Assembly (NCBI RefSeq): GCF_001194135.2
Contig: NC_069000.1
Location: forward strand, 47,397,533 to 47,434,308
DNA length: 36,776 nucleotides
Reading direction: 5' to 3'
Origin: Octopus bimaculoides
Taxonomy: Eukaryota
Position 1 is the stretch's first letter; each line of letters begins with the position of its first letter. Made by a program: the position numbers and the translations under genes. This document shows positions 11,364 to 22,185 of this stretch, piece by piece. The notes beneath the pieces are model-generated. The model searched no databases. It was not told where the DNA came from and was given only the letters and a program-made list of their open reading frames with translations.

Positions 11364-11549
11364 CAACACCACCAGTTTCGTCTCCATGAACATCTGGATC
11401 TTCTTCAGTACCCATATCATCGCCACCGCCACCACCACCACCAGTACCTTTAGGAGCAGCAGTAGTGGCACCACCACCACCACCANNNNNNNNNNNNNNN
11501 NNNNNNNNNNNNNNNNNNNNNNNNNNNNNNNNNNNNNNNNNNNNNNNGT
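11364..11549 (-). CDS. Gly/Thr/Asp-rich exon (phase 1->1): D-[62-N gap]-GGGGGATTAAPKGTGGGGGGGDDMGTEEDPDVHGDETGGV
   Basis: Acceptor ttcatacttttattttttaaaacctag at 11550 and donor TTG|GTAAGT at 11363. The total of 186 nt including the 62-N gap keeps the GGT codons in frame. Confidence 0.8.
11486..11547. other. Assembly gap inside a coding exon (other gaps: 13174-13273, 17895-17904, 20239-21058, 26303-27215, 35888-35898)
   Basis: Runs of N. Confidence 0.99.
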
Positions 11550-11608
11550 CTAGGTTTTAAAAAATAAAAGTATGAAAATAAATATGAAACAGGTTGCTAT
11601 TTAAGCAT

Positions 11609-11677
<69 letters not shown>

Positions 11678-12084
11678 GTACATGGTGAGTTTAAAAAAAA
11701 CCTTATGGCAATGTGAGTGAAGAATAAAACAGAACAAAATATGATGCTGTCAGTATTCCGATATTTCAGGATAAAAATTCCCTTTTTCAGGGAGTGTGTG
11801 TGAAAAGTTCCCGGAGTCAGTTCAAAGCCAACTTGATCTGTCTTCTGATAGAAAATGGTTTCTCCTAACGTTTTATAAGCTTAGCAGTTTTCAAATGAAG
11901 GACGGAGCAGTGTCACTTGGTAGGTGAAATGGTCAGCCAAATACTGTGCAATAGGTTATCATGGGGAATGTCAGATGTGGGTCCAACAATCAAACTGTAT
12001 ACAGTAATAGTGTGTGTGTGTGTGTGCAGGTGGAGAAGAGGGAAAGGCAGTGGAGGATATAGAAGCAGTGAGTGGGTATATGTA

Positions 12085-12122
<38 letters not shown>

Positions 12123-12134
12123 ATGTATGTGGGG

Positions 12135-13092
12135 GGGGGCGGTCTCGGAGTAGCATCCCTGCCTTCGTGGGCTTAGTTTTTCACCACATTTCTTAAAAAT
12201 CGTGGTACAAGCCTTGGTCTGGGGCCCAGTCTAGAAACTGAGGTTGGGGGGTAAGCTCCCCGTAGAAAAAGCCTCATCATAGCAAAGGAGAATGGATAGC
12301 AGCCAGCTGCAGCTGCCGACCTGGAAAAGGAAGGTACAAACCCCACATCCTGGGTTGGGCAAGCATGACTTGCCTTATGATGGCCAACGGTCTGAGGAGA
12401 AGGTTGGGACATTGGAATGTGGAAGGGGAACTGAGGTGTGTGGTGGAGAGGCCAGGGTGTAAGATTCGTGGGGGGTCAAGGGAAGAAGGTACAAGTTGTG
12501 GTGGTGAGGAAATGGCAAGGGGACTGGAGGTGTGGGAGTTTTGGTGAAGGAAGGAATCTGTGAGAAGGTGGTGGAGGTGAGGAGAAATAGTGGCAGGGTG
12601 ATGACAGTGGGGTTAGCATTTGAGGAAGAAGTGGTGAGAGTGGCTTGTGGGTTAGGGTCTGCAAAGTGGTGGAAGAGGGATCGCTGAGAAAGAGTGGTTC
12701 TTTGATGAAATGGTGAATGAATGGGACTTACATAATTTGGATGAATTGGTTTCATAAGAGGAAGACCGAGGACTTGATGGGGATGCTGGGGCTGGAGGAA
12801 TCAGTGGAATGGCTGGTAAGGGCGAATGGAGTGCGGTGGTATGGGTATGTGTTGAGGAGGGATGAGGAGCATGTTCTGAGGAAAGTGCTAGAGTTTGAGG
12901 TAAATGGACAACAAAAGAGAGGTAGACAGAGGAAAATGTGGAGGAGGAGATTAGGAGGGTTGGCTTGAGAAGGGAGGATGACCAAAACCGAGCACAATGG
13001 CGAGATGGTGTGAGGGTGGTTGCTATGGCATCCAGGTAGATCTGGCCACTCCTGTTAACGGGGACAAAACCCGGATTCAAAATGATGGATGA
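12135..13092 (+). mobile_element. Internally deleted RTE-clade LINE (5' region + APE endonuclease start fused to RT C-terminus and 3' tail)
   Basis: GNGKGTGGVGVLVKEGICEKVVEVRRNSGRVMTV is APE-like. LEESVEWLVRANGVRWYGYVLRRDEEHVLRKVLEFEVNGQQKRGRQRKMW matches the RTE C-terminal RWxGHVxR...GxRxRGRPxKxW motif. Ends in a gatggatgat tail. Confidence 0.8.
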
Positions 13093-13321
13093 TATATATA
13101 TATATATATATTTAATTATATGTTATTTATTTTATCCTAATAAATAATAATTCGGATAGAATAAATGGGTTAANNNNNNNNNNNNNNNNNNNNNNNNNNN
13201 NNNNNNNNNNNNNNNNNNNNNNNNNNNNNNNNNNNNNNNNNNNNNNNNNNNNNNNNNNNNNNNNNNNNNNNNNTGTATTATGTCAATTTACCTGTTTATT
13301 TTTCAACTAAGAGGACAATAA

Positions 13322-13475
13322 AGCCAGCCTTCAATCTCCATTTATCAAATCCATCCACAAGGTTTTGGTTGGCCCAAGGCCACAGTAGAAGACACTTGCC
13401 TAAGGTGCCACTCAGCAGGATTGTACCAAGAACCATGTGATTCAGAATCAATCTTCTTACCACACAGCCACACTT
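13322..13475 (-). mobile_element. SINE family B head (reverse)
   Basis: caaatccatccacaaggttttggttggcccaaggccacagtagaagacacttgcctaagg...accacacagccac is the reverse complement of the family B head. Confidence 0.7.
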
Positions 13476-13494
13476 GCACAGAGATAGACAAGAA

Positions 13495-14395
13495 ATCCAT
13501 CTCAAGCAGTAAATCAGAATTCAAATAAAGCTGTTATGTTCATGGTCGCCCATACATGCAAGGACCTTTTCCTGGTGAAGAATGTACCCATCCACCAGCA
13601 TAGATTAGGCACTAGCAACTTTAGACCTCAGGCCAGAAGGATTCCAAGAAGCAGACCAGTCTGGAAAAGGATTTGGAAGTTCAAAGATCCTTTAAATGGT
13701 CAGAGATTTAGGGATGCCCTAATTGAGAAATTTAATGAGGAGGAGGAGAAGGAACTACAGACTTGTAACATAGAGGGCAACTGGGAATTCCTACAGGACA
13801 GTTTGCAGAGTACCACAGACTAAATCTGTGGCTGGTGCAAAGTCTCAACCAAACCGAAAGTGATGTGATGGTGGAATGATGTTATAGACAAGACCATTAT
13901 TGTAGAGAAACAGGCCTGGAAAAATGATGGTAGCAGGGAACTATATCAGGTAGCTAGGAGGGGGGGGCTAGAAGACGGGTATACTCAGCCAGGGAAGAAG
14001 CAGAAGGGAGCAACTTTGCCAATGCTCTGTGGCATGAGGCAGCTGGAGATGTTTTGGGTCGCAAGACAATGTGTCAGACAAAATTGTGATGTTGTAGGAG
14101 AGAAGTGTGTTCACATGGACGATGGCTCACTTGCAGTTACTGATTCTGCAAAGGAGGAGGCATGGAAGTGCCTCTATGAAAAGTTGCTAAATGTAGAGAA
14201 TGTATGGAAGGAGAACTTGCCTAATGTGGACTCAACTGAGGGACAGGCTATCTGAATCAACAGCAGTTTGGTCGATAACACAATTAAAGATATGAAAACA
14301 GGGAAGGCCTCCAGTCAATTACGAATCACTGCCGAGATGCTTAAAACATCTGGCAGAGTTTCCATAGCTTGGAGGATTCCTGTTCTATATTGGAA
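13495..14395 (+). mobile_element. Degenerate RTE LINE ORF fragment (end of endonuclease, linker, start of RT)
   Basis: Frameshifted ...PGEEC..HQHRLGTSNFRPQARRIPRSRPVWKRIWKFKDPLNGQRF..., AKEEAWKCLYEKLLNVENVW, and MKTGKASSQLRITAEMLK (RTE KA.G.D.I.AEMLK-like). Confidence 0.8.
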
Positions 14396-14947
14396 TAAAT
14401 TGGTATGTAGTTAGGACACTAGTTTTATGTGTCTTTAGCAGAAAACATTTCTGCAAGTGTTATGGAGGAAACATACACATGTCTGCTTGCACACAAGTTA
14501 GTGACAACAACATTTCGCAAAGGTGCTACTTACATCACACACAAAGATCGAGAGCATTTGTTGCTGACATTTCAAGATGTTAATAACATTGGAAAACATA
14601 AGCATCACACCAATAACTGTTAAGTTAGACAAGTATTAAACAATTATAAAATATTAGTAATAAGTTTGAAAACTTTAGAATCATATTTATAAATCTAGGT
14701 TAATTAGAAACAGAATTGTAGAAATATCACAAAATGTCTCCATGAAGTTTTTAACAGGCATTCGCCTCACTTTGAAGGTGAAATTTGTTTTTCCTATGGT
14801 TTTTTTCACGTGTTTTCAACAAATATAACCACCAAACCGTCAGAAATCACTTTTTTAAACTAAAATTTCACATTCAAAATGAAACGAGCGTAAATAAAAA
14901 AAATTTACCTAAATTTTTAAGGTTCTTCATCTTTCAATCCTTTTTAC

Positions 14948-14980
14948 CAGTTGTCTTAGGTTGGCCATCATTGAACACAT
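14948..14980 (-). CDS. Candidate 33-nt phase-1 microexon: DVFNDGQPKTT
   Basis: Acceptor ctctttgtagcctag (moderate), donor CTG|GTAAAA, symmetric phase 1, composition matches the other spacer exons. Confidence 0.4.
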
Positions 14981-15837
14981 CTAGGCTACAAAGAGTCCAG
15001 CAATGACCCTCCCTCCCTATTGCTAAAACCATTGCAGGCGTTTTCGTTATATAGTTTTTTCAACTATCATTCTAAACTAAGAAAGTTCACCTCAGATATT
15101 GTCATCTTAGACTTTAGTCTAAACGAGAACAATACAGCACTAGAAATACAAAAACTACACCAAAACCATCTTTGGGTCAATTCCCAGCAATTAATACTGT
15201 GATGTGTGTCCAAACAGTCCGCTACACTTCGCCCTTTGCTTGTTCAGTGAGTAACTCCCGTCGTTTTTCGTCAACACGTGACCAGTCTCATGAATAATTA
15301 ATTACATTTGGTCCTATGAAAGTCTGTGGAACTCTTTTCACTGGCTCCTTCCTCTACTCTCCTGTTTTTGAAGATGAGATTTGGTGGCCTAGCAATTATA
15401 AACAAGTTTCTACAACACATTCAATAGTAACTAAATTTTGACAGTCTTGTTGGATACCCCCTTAATTGCAGGAATTTGTTAGGAAAAATGAACCTAAAAA
15501 GAAAGAAATAATATCGACGAGACGATGAACCGATGGGAAATTACAGCCAGTATCGTCCATAGACATGGAGCACACTTAGCATTAGTCTGGGGGGGGGGGT
15601 GACCTAATGCCATTTAATTTGGGAAGAAGACTCCATATCTGGGAAAAGAGACACGTTGATTTCAGGATTAAATTGACGTTTTATCGACCTCGAAAATGCA
15701 AAAGTCGACTTAAGAAGGATTCGAACTCAGATCGACTAAATACTAAAGTGTCCAATTACATCTTCATATAAAAATCCCAAGAAAAAAATCTTTTTTTTAT
15801 TAAGTTTAAAACAAAGGAATAAGGAAGCAATACTTAC

Positions 15838-15843
15838 CATTTC
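15838..15843 (-). CDS. Candidate 6-nt symmetric phase-1 microexon (GAAATG; adds G-N)
   Basis: Long polypyrimidine tract ttttttttattctttttcctccag immediately followed by 6 nt and the consensus donor GTAAGTA. Frame-preserving. Confidence 0.5.
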
Positions 15844-16523
15844 CTGGAGGAAAAAGAATAAAAAAAAATATTATTCAAAGATATGAAATAAAACATAAGA
15901 AATATATATCATAGATTTGTAATAAAACTAAATAGGCTTAAATTAAGCTAACGATAATGGTTAACTGAAGGGGTTGTGACAGTGTGGTTAGGGGCAACCT
16001 CGGCTCGCGTCGCAGGTTCAGTTTCTGGATTGAGCAAGTAATTTCATTCTGCTCCAGCAGTCTTACTCACCTGTAAAGGTGTACTATCAAGCACCCGGCC
16101 GGTACACCCCTTTCTCACATTCTCGATGTGCTATCGGGTCCAGGTTTGGCTAAACAGGCGAAAGCATGGTACATGCTAGCAGGTCATGGCTGAAGTCAAT
16201 CGGATACAATCCTAATAATGATACTAATGTCCTCCTTGACCGTTAAATTAAGACAAAAATAGATACATTAAAACAAAGGGATTTTAGGGAGAAGACATTT
16301 GTCTTTCAACATTTTTCTAATCAAACTGTTTTAATAGTTCTAAACCTACCTAGAAGTTTTTGAGCCTTTATCGGTGAAAAATGTCTGTCTACAAATCCTG
16401 TGACTGAAGCCAATTCCCTCGTCAAAATATTATTGAAGAATACAGGCGTGGAAAATACTGTTGAAAATAAATAAGTGAGGGTAGTCATTCATTGTCTGAC
16501 TAAAACGTCCAGACATTTCAACA

Positions 16524-16561
<38 letters not shown>

Positions 16562-18051
16562 CTCTCTCTCACACACACACACATACACGATCGTTTATTG
16601 AGTATTATCTCAAATAAGAGCATATTGGTGGACATTAGTACCTAACGGATTACATCTGTCATTTCTTTCTCCCCACCGACATTGTTCCAGCATTATTAAC
16701 ATCAGAAATATTTACTAATGGCTAAAACACAATACTGTCAAAATATTCGTCAGTTTGATATTTCGTTAACTTTTCATTATTATTAAAATAAAATTAATGA
16801 AACAGTAAAAACATTAAGATAAAAAAATAATCCGAAATGTTCCATTTGAAATGAGGAAAATAAATATTTTGAATGAAGACGCCACGACTGTGGCGTCTAA
16901 CGAAGAGATAAACTGACATTTTTTAATTCAAACATTCAATGGAATGGTAAACCCATTCCCTAAAAGCTCACTTTTGATTTACATTTATTCCCGGGCCTAC
17001 ATTCATAATATCTCATGTATAACACTGTCTTCCCATGTAGCATTACCACATTTCCATTACTAACAATATTCAAAGAACCACAAATACATTAATTTGAAAA
17101 AGTTGTGAGAAAATGGTCCGAAGCCCACAGAGAATATTTTAATAATCCATTTATGGGCCACCACCCTCAAAACACTGCCATAGTCAAGAAGTGACGTAGT
17201 GTTAGTACAAGGTGAGTGACCCAACCACCCAAGGACAACGTCTAAAAACTCATTCCCGCAAAACCTAAAAGTTCGGCCGATATTTCTTATGCACAAGTTC
17301 TATATCAGAAGTCCTCAACCTTCTCCATGTCTGAACAGAGTTGAATTTCTTTTACTCCTGGAGAAAAATAAACAAAAGAATGCATCCCAGGGCTGCTATT
17401 TTATCCTCCTCAAAAGGATGAATTCGCCTTTGCCTCAGAGAACCGATGCAAGCAGCGCAAACAACGCCTCCATCTAACGATCTTAAATGCTTCTATCAAA
17501 TTGTCCTATCTTTCAAGTTGTCTAGCTGTGTGTGAGTGTGTTTGTGTACACACACACGCATATATATATCATGTTCCTATACAACTGAATCGGAAAGTAT
17601 CTGGTGCGCCCAAAACGGTAATTTATGATTTAAAACATCGTCAATTACGATTCTTGGAGGAGGGCTTATTCACTCCCCCAGCCCTGCCCTTTCTCTAATT
17701 TTCCAGTCGTGACTTTAAAAAAAAAAAATCTTTCGTTTGGAATTAATGATTCTCCATTACTTACAAAAATATAAATTTTTCAGCTTTTTTCTTTCTCCCA
17801 CATTTCCGCAATTTTTCTTCATTTCTCTTTATTTGGCGGACTTTCAAAATTTCAATTAAAAAAAAAAAAAAATTCTACCCCACCCCACTTTCCANNNNNN
17901 NNNNGATTTTAAAACTTAGATCCTATTTTAATATCAACATCTCAAATGCTGAAAACATCAACGAGGAAGAGATTTTCAAAAACAAGTCAAAACTGAAAAA
18001 TGACGGAGAGAGAGAGGGGGGAGGGGGGGAGAGAGGGAGGGAGGATAACTG

Positions 18052-18070
18052 TTATATGTGTATGTGTATG

Positions 18071-18104
<34 letters not shown>

Positions 18105-18295
18105 ATGTATATATATGCATATATATATGTATACATACATTTATATATGTATACGTGTATACATACACATATACATGTATACATATATATATATATGTAT
18201 ACGTGTATACATACACATATATATGTATACGTGTATACATATATATACATACATACATACACACACGTATATACATTTGCATATATGTGTATGTA
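18052..18295. repeat. Compound TA/TG/CA microsatellite with internal duplications
   Basis: atatatgtatacgtgtatacat units are repeated three times. Confidence 0.9.
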
Positions 18296-18467
18296 AGAGG
18301 CATAGATAAGCACACAGATTTCAAAATTTGAATCAGCTGAGACAGAGAGAGGAGTGGAGAGAGGAGAGATTAGAGAGAGAGAGAGAGAGAGAGGGAGGGC
18401 AGTGGAATCCCTTGTGGGTGGGGCTCAATTACAAGAAATCAAAGAAAATCGTTTGGTGTTTGTTTAC

Positions 18468-18549
18468 CTTGACAGGAGACTTGGCTCATAAAACCACACA
18501 TCATGACCAGTAAAATAAATACTCGCATGACACACATGGATTTCGACAT
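18468..18549 (-). CDS. First coding exon of a small secreted/GPI-anchored protein gene: signal peptide MSKSMCVMRVFILLVMMCGFMSQVSC|Q
   Basis: ATG at 18549-18547 with a purine at -3. Basic n-region, hydrophobic h-region and V-S-C cleavage motif. Phase-1 donor AAG|GTAAAC at 18467. Confidence 0.7.
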
Positions 18550-18598
18550 TTCTCTCTTGTGTATTTTACTTTCCTTTAACAGAATTTGTCTCAAAAGT

Positions 18599-18632
18599 TG
18601 GTTTATAGCAGCTTTTACCTATATATAAATAC
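18599..18632 (-). promoter_or_regulatory. TATA-like elements upstream of the minus-strand signal-peptide exon
   Basis: TATAAA (18607-18602) and TATATATAG lie 55-80 nt upstream of the ATG. The context is very AT-rich, so chance occurrence is possible. Confidence 0.25.
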
Positions 18633-21058
18633 CTATATATTTAAATAAATATATATATATATATATCTATATAAATATATAGATATAAAATATATATATA
18701 TTTATTTTTTGTTTTAATTTAGTGAAATCAACTTAAAGAAAAGTTTCGACACTCCAGTTTCAAACGGGAGAATGGTTCAACGATGGACGCTGAGCGCCGA
18801 TTGTGATGTCATCGACGATAGACGCTCAGTTTTAAATTTCAAATTCATAGAGAAAGAGGAGGAGGCAGAGGAAGAGAAACAAAGCGTTTATCACTTCTCC
18901 CTCGCCTTCCCTTCTGTATATAGCATCTTTTCTTACTCTCTCCCTATTACATCTTACTTTCTCTATCTCATATATTTCTCACACTCATTTCTCCCTGTTA
19001 CATCTCTCTCTTTACACCTTTCCTCTTCCTCCCACTCTCATCATATTTTCATATTGAATCAATGAAAAATTAAAAAAAAAAAAATCTTAACGTTTCTTAA
19101 TTTCAAAATAAAATAAATGAATGGCATCAATTTATTTTCCACGTGAAGAGAAGTGAAATAACGTCGTTGTTGTCGTTGTATTGCCCAGGTCAAACCTGAC
19201 CAAGTAAAAACCCTATGATCACAGATGTTCCAACCGTGACCCATATGAAATAAAGCTAAATTTGGAAATGCCAGTCTATCTCCCCAGAGTCGAAGTGAAG
19301 AGATCTTTGGTTTAAAAAGGTGACAGATTTACAGTTTAAAGGGGAGATGTTGGTAGATATGGTTTCGAAAAAGAAAATTGAAAGTGACACTAGAAAACTA
19401 GTTTTATTTGATTCGTAAGTTTCAGAATGGTTCATTTAACGTAAGCCCTTTCTTAGACATCACTGATCTGGTACCAATTGACTCAATATATTGTGTCCAA
19501 GGGGTTTTCCTTTTGGAGAATATCAAAGACATTTTCCCGTTAAATTTACGTAAGTTTTATATCTTTTAGCTCCGAGAGTCATCCCTAATCTACCAGAGTC
19601 ATCCCTGATCTATCAGACTCTTGGGTCACACTACATCCAAATATGTCCGTTTTTTAAAAGATTGTTGGGTTTGATTTAGAGGGGATTTAGCTGCTATTTC
19701 TGGCAAGTCAACTGACGAAGTAGAAACTATGCAAATAAGAGAAGTATTAAAAATGGGGGGGGAGTTAATGAGATTCCCCCTCCCTCCCCACTGTCCGCTT
19801 TCTTCTTTTGGTTTCCGGTTATAAAATTTTGTTTCAGTAACAAACCAAGTTAACGAGAGTTTGAGAGACAGACAGACAGACAGGAAGGGAGGAGCGAGAA
19901 AGACTGGAAAAGGTGAAATGAACCCCAAGAAAGACACCGACAGAGGCTACTAATGGCGGGTTCGGGAGTAACGAGGAATTTGAATTTGAGATTTATCTCT
20001 GTTTTGATTTACTGAATTCTGATCAGTGCTTTTGAAAAAGAGAAAGGCTGACTGGGGGGAAAAAATTATTGATGAAAATATTGCAATTTTTTAAAAGTTC
20101 ATTTTTATGTTCTCTTCTTTTTGCAGTGTCAAAAAGTCCGAGATCTAAAAGATAGAAACCCCGAAATTAATTGTCGACGAAAATATGATGGAAAAAAAAG
20201 AAAGAAAGAAAGAAAAGTGGGTGGTTGGTGTGCTTCTTNNNNNNNNNNNNNNNNNNNNNNNNNNNNNNNNNNNNNNNNNNNNNNNNNNNNNNNNNNNNNN
20301 NNNNNNNNNNNNNNNNNNNNNNNNNNNNNNNNNNNNNNNNNNNNNNNNNNNNNNNNNNNNNNNNNNNNNNNNNNNNNNNNNNNNNNNNNNNNNNNNNNNN
20401 NNNNNNNNNNNNNNNNNNNNNNNNNNNNNNNNNNNNNNNNNNNNNNNNNNNNNNNNNNNNNNNNNNNNNNNNNNNNNNNNNNNNNNNNNNNNNNNNNNNN
20501 NNNNNNNNNNNNNNNNNNNNNNNNNNNNNNNNNNNNNNNNNNNNNNNNNNNNNNNNNNNNNNNNNNNNNNNNNNNNNNNNNNNNNNNNNNNNNNNNNNNN
20601 NNNNNNNNNNNNNNNNNNNNNNNNNNNNNNNNNNNNNNNNNNNNNNNNNNNNNNNNNNNNNNNNNNNNNNNNNNNNNNNNNNNNNNNNNNNNNNNNNNNN
20701 NNNNNNNNNNNNNNNNNNNNNNNNNNNNNNNNNNNNNNNNNNNNNNNNNNNNNNNNNNNNNNNNNNNNNNNNNNNNNNNNNNNNNNNNNNNNNNNNNNNN
20801 NNNNNNNNNNNNNNNNNNNNNNNNNNNNNNNNNNNNNNNNNNNNNNNNNNNNNNNNNNNNNNNNNNNNNNNNNNNNNNNNNNNNNNNNNNNNNNNNNNNN
20901 NNNNNNNNNNNNNNNNNNNNNNNNNNNNNNNNNNNNNNNNNNNNNNNNNNNNNNNNNNNNNNNNNNNNNNNNNNNNNNNNNNNNNNNNNNNNNNNNNNNN
21001 NNNNNNNNNNNNNNNNNNNNNNNNNNNNNNNNNNNNNNNNNNNNNNNNNNNNNNNNNN

Positions 21059-21094
<36 letters not shown>

Positions 21095-21150
21095 TAGACA
21101 TACGTACGTACGTTGATACAGACTAGTTGAAGAGATAATTCTCATCAACG

Positions 21151-21693
21151 TGACGGCTATTTTAAACGTTTGTATGTTTAAACGTTATGTCGGGCTGCCC
21201 ACCCGTGACCATTCTACATTGTCTCATTTCACTGTTCGATTCCACCGAGGTCACTATGCAACTTGCAAGACTACAAACCCCAAGAAAGGTGGGTTTTCAT
21301 GTTTACATGCCAGGATATGAGGGCTTTAAAGGAATGACCAAGCAGTGCAGAACAGATTTCTTGCGGTGGAGGAGTGACACGGCCACTCATCTTTTAGAAG
21401 AGAGGATAAGAGCGGTCTGATCGGAGCAAGAAAAATGGTAAGAATAGGGGTGATGAGGTGTCAGATGGACCCTGAAGGTAGAAGGTGAACAGAAGTGAAT
21501 GGGGACAGAAGAACAAGGAGTATGAGTGGGTGGGTAGAGGTTACAAGACTGCATAGGGAAAGTGAAAGATGGTCAGAGATAGGGAATAAGTGAGAGGGTG
21601 AATCAATGGAAAACTCCTACTAGGCCCCACCCACTGTTAACTAGGCCTCGCCCACTTTTTAAATATGCCCCTCCCACACTGTTTTAATGGCCT
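21151..21693. mobile_element. Unclassified 543-bp insertion flanked by a perfect 15-bp direct repeat
   Basis: TAATTCTCATCAACG at 21136-21150 and 21694-21708. Confidence 0.55.
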
Positions 21694-22126
21694 TAATTCT
21701 CATCAACGATAATGAAATATTCATTAGAAGAAATGCAACTATGGTAATTATGATTCTTCAATTAAAGAATATAAATTCCTGTGAATTCTATAACAATTGT
21801 CAATTGTAGTTGGGAGAATTAGAGGGAAGACTAAAAGTGGAACCAATATAGTTATTTCTCAAAGAATGGAAGTTGACTGATAAAAAAAAAAAAAAAAGAA
21901 TTCCAGGTCAAAAGCTTTTCACCAAAGAATCAAACATTTAACGAGAGGCAAGATTTTGCAGAATTCATGATAAACCTCGACCAGCAAAAAAAAAAAAAAA
22001 AAACCGCCCAACATTTATCAACTGTAAATATTTGAGTCAGGTTATTGAAATAATGAAGATTTTAAGTCTGCTATTCGAACTCTATGTTATGATTCTCACA
22101 CAGAACACGCGTATGTATATAATATT

Positions 22127-22178
<52 letters not shown>

Positions 22179-22185
22179 GTTAAGG

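Noticed and set aside
13118-13173. Near-identical ...gatagaataaatgggttaa sequence at 13118-13173 and 27216-27273, both next to gaps
   Set aside because: Most simply the GGG|TTAA end of another common TTAA-type MITE that broke the assembly, not a novel element.
13292-13306. Minus-strand 15-nt microexon LKNKQ
   Set aside because: Open only in phase 0 (stop in phase 1), and it abuts a SINE and a gap.
15545-15586. Minus-strand 42-nt exon TNAKCAPCLWTILA
   Set aside because: Open only in phase 0; it has a stop (TAA) in the phase-1 frame used by the gene.
16071-16240. Minus-strand CAG|GTGAGT donor suggesting a 5'-UTR exon before an ATG microexon
   Set aside because: The motif lies within a decayed SINE core (gctccag..actcacctgtaaa), and a better signal-peptide first exon exists at 18468-18549.
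17987-18331. Multiple YI/CV-rich ORFs, and the long X-filled ORFs at 20121-21148 and 26263-27305
   Set aside because: These are translations of microsatellites and N-gaps.
20127-20156. Strong + strand acceptor before the gap (SKSPRSKR*)
   Set aside because: No upstream coding exon was identified and the adjacent sequence is a gap.
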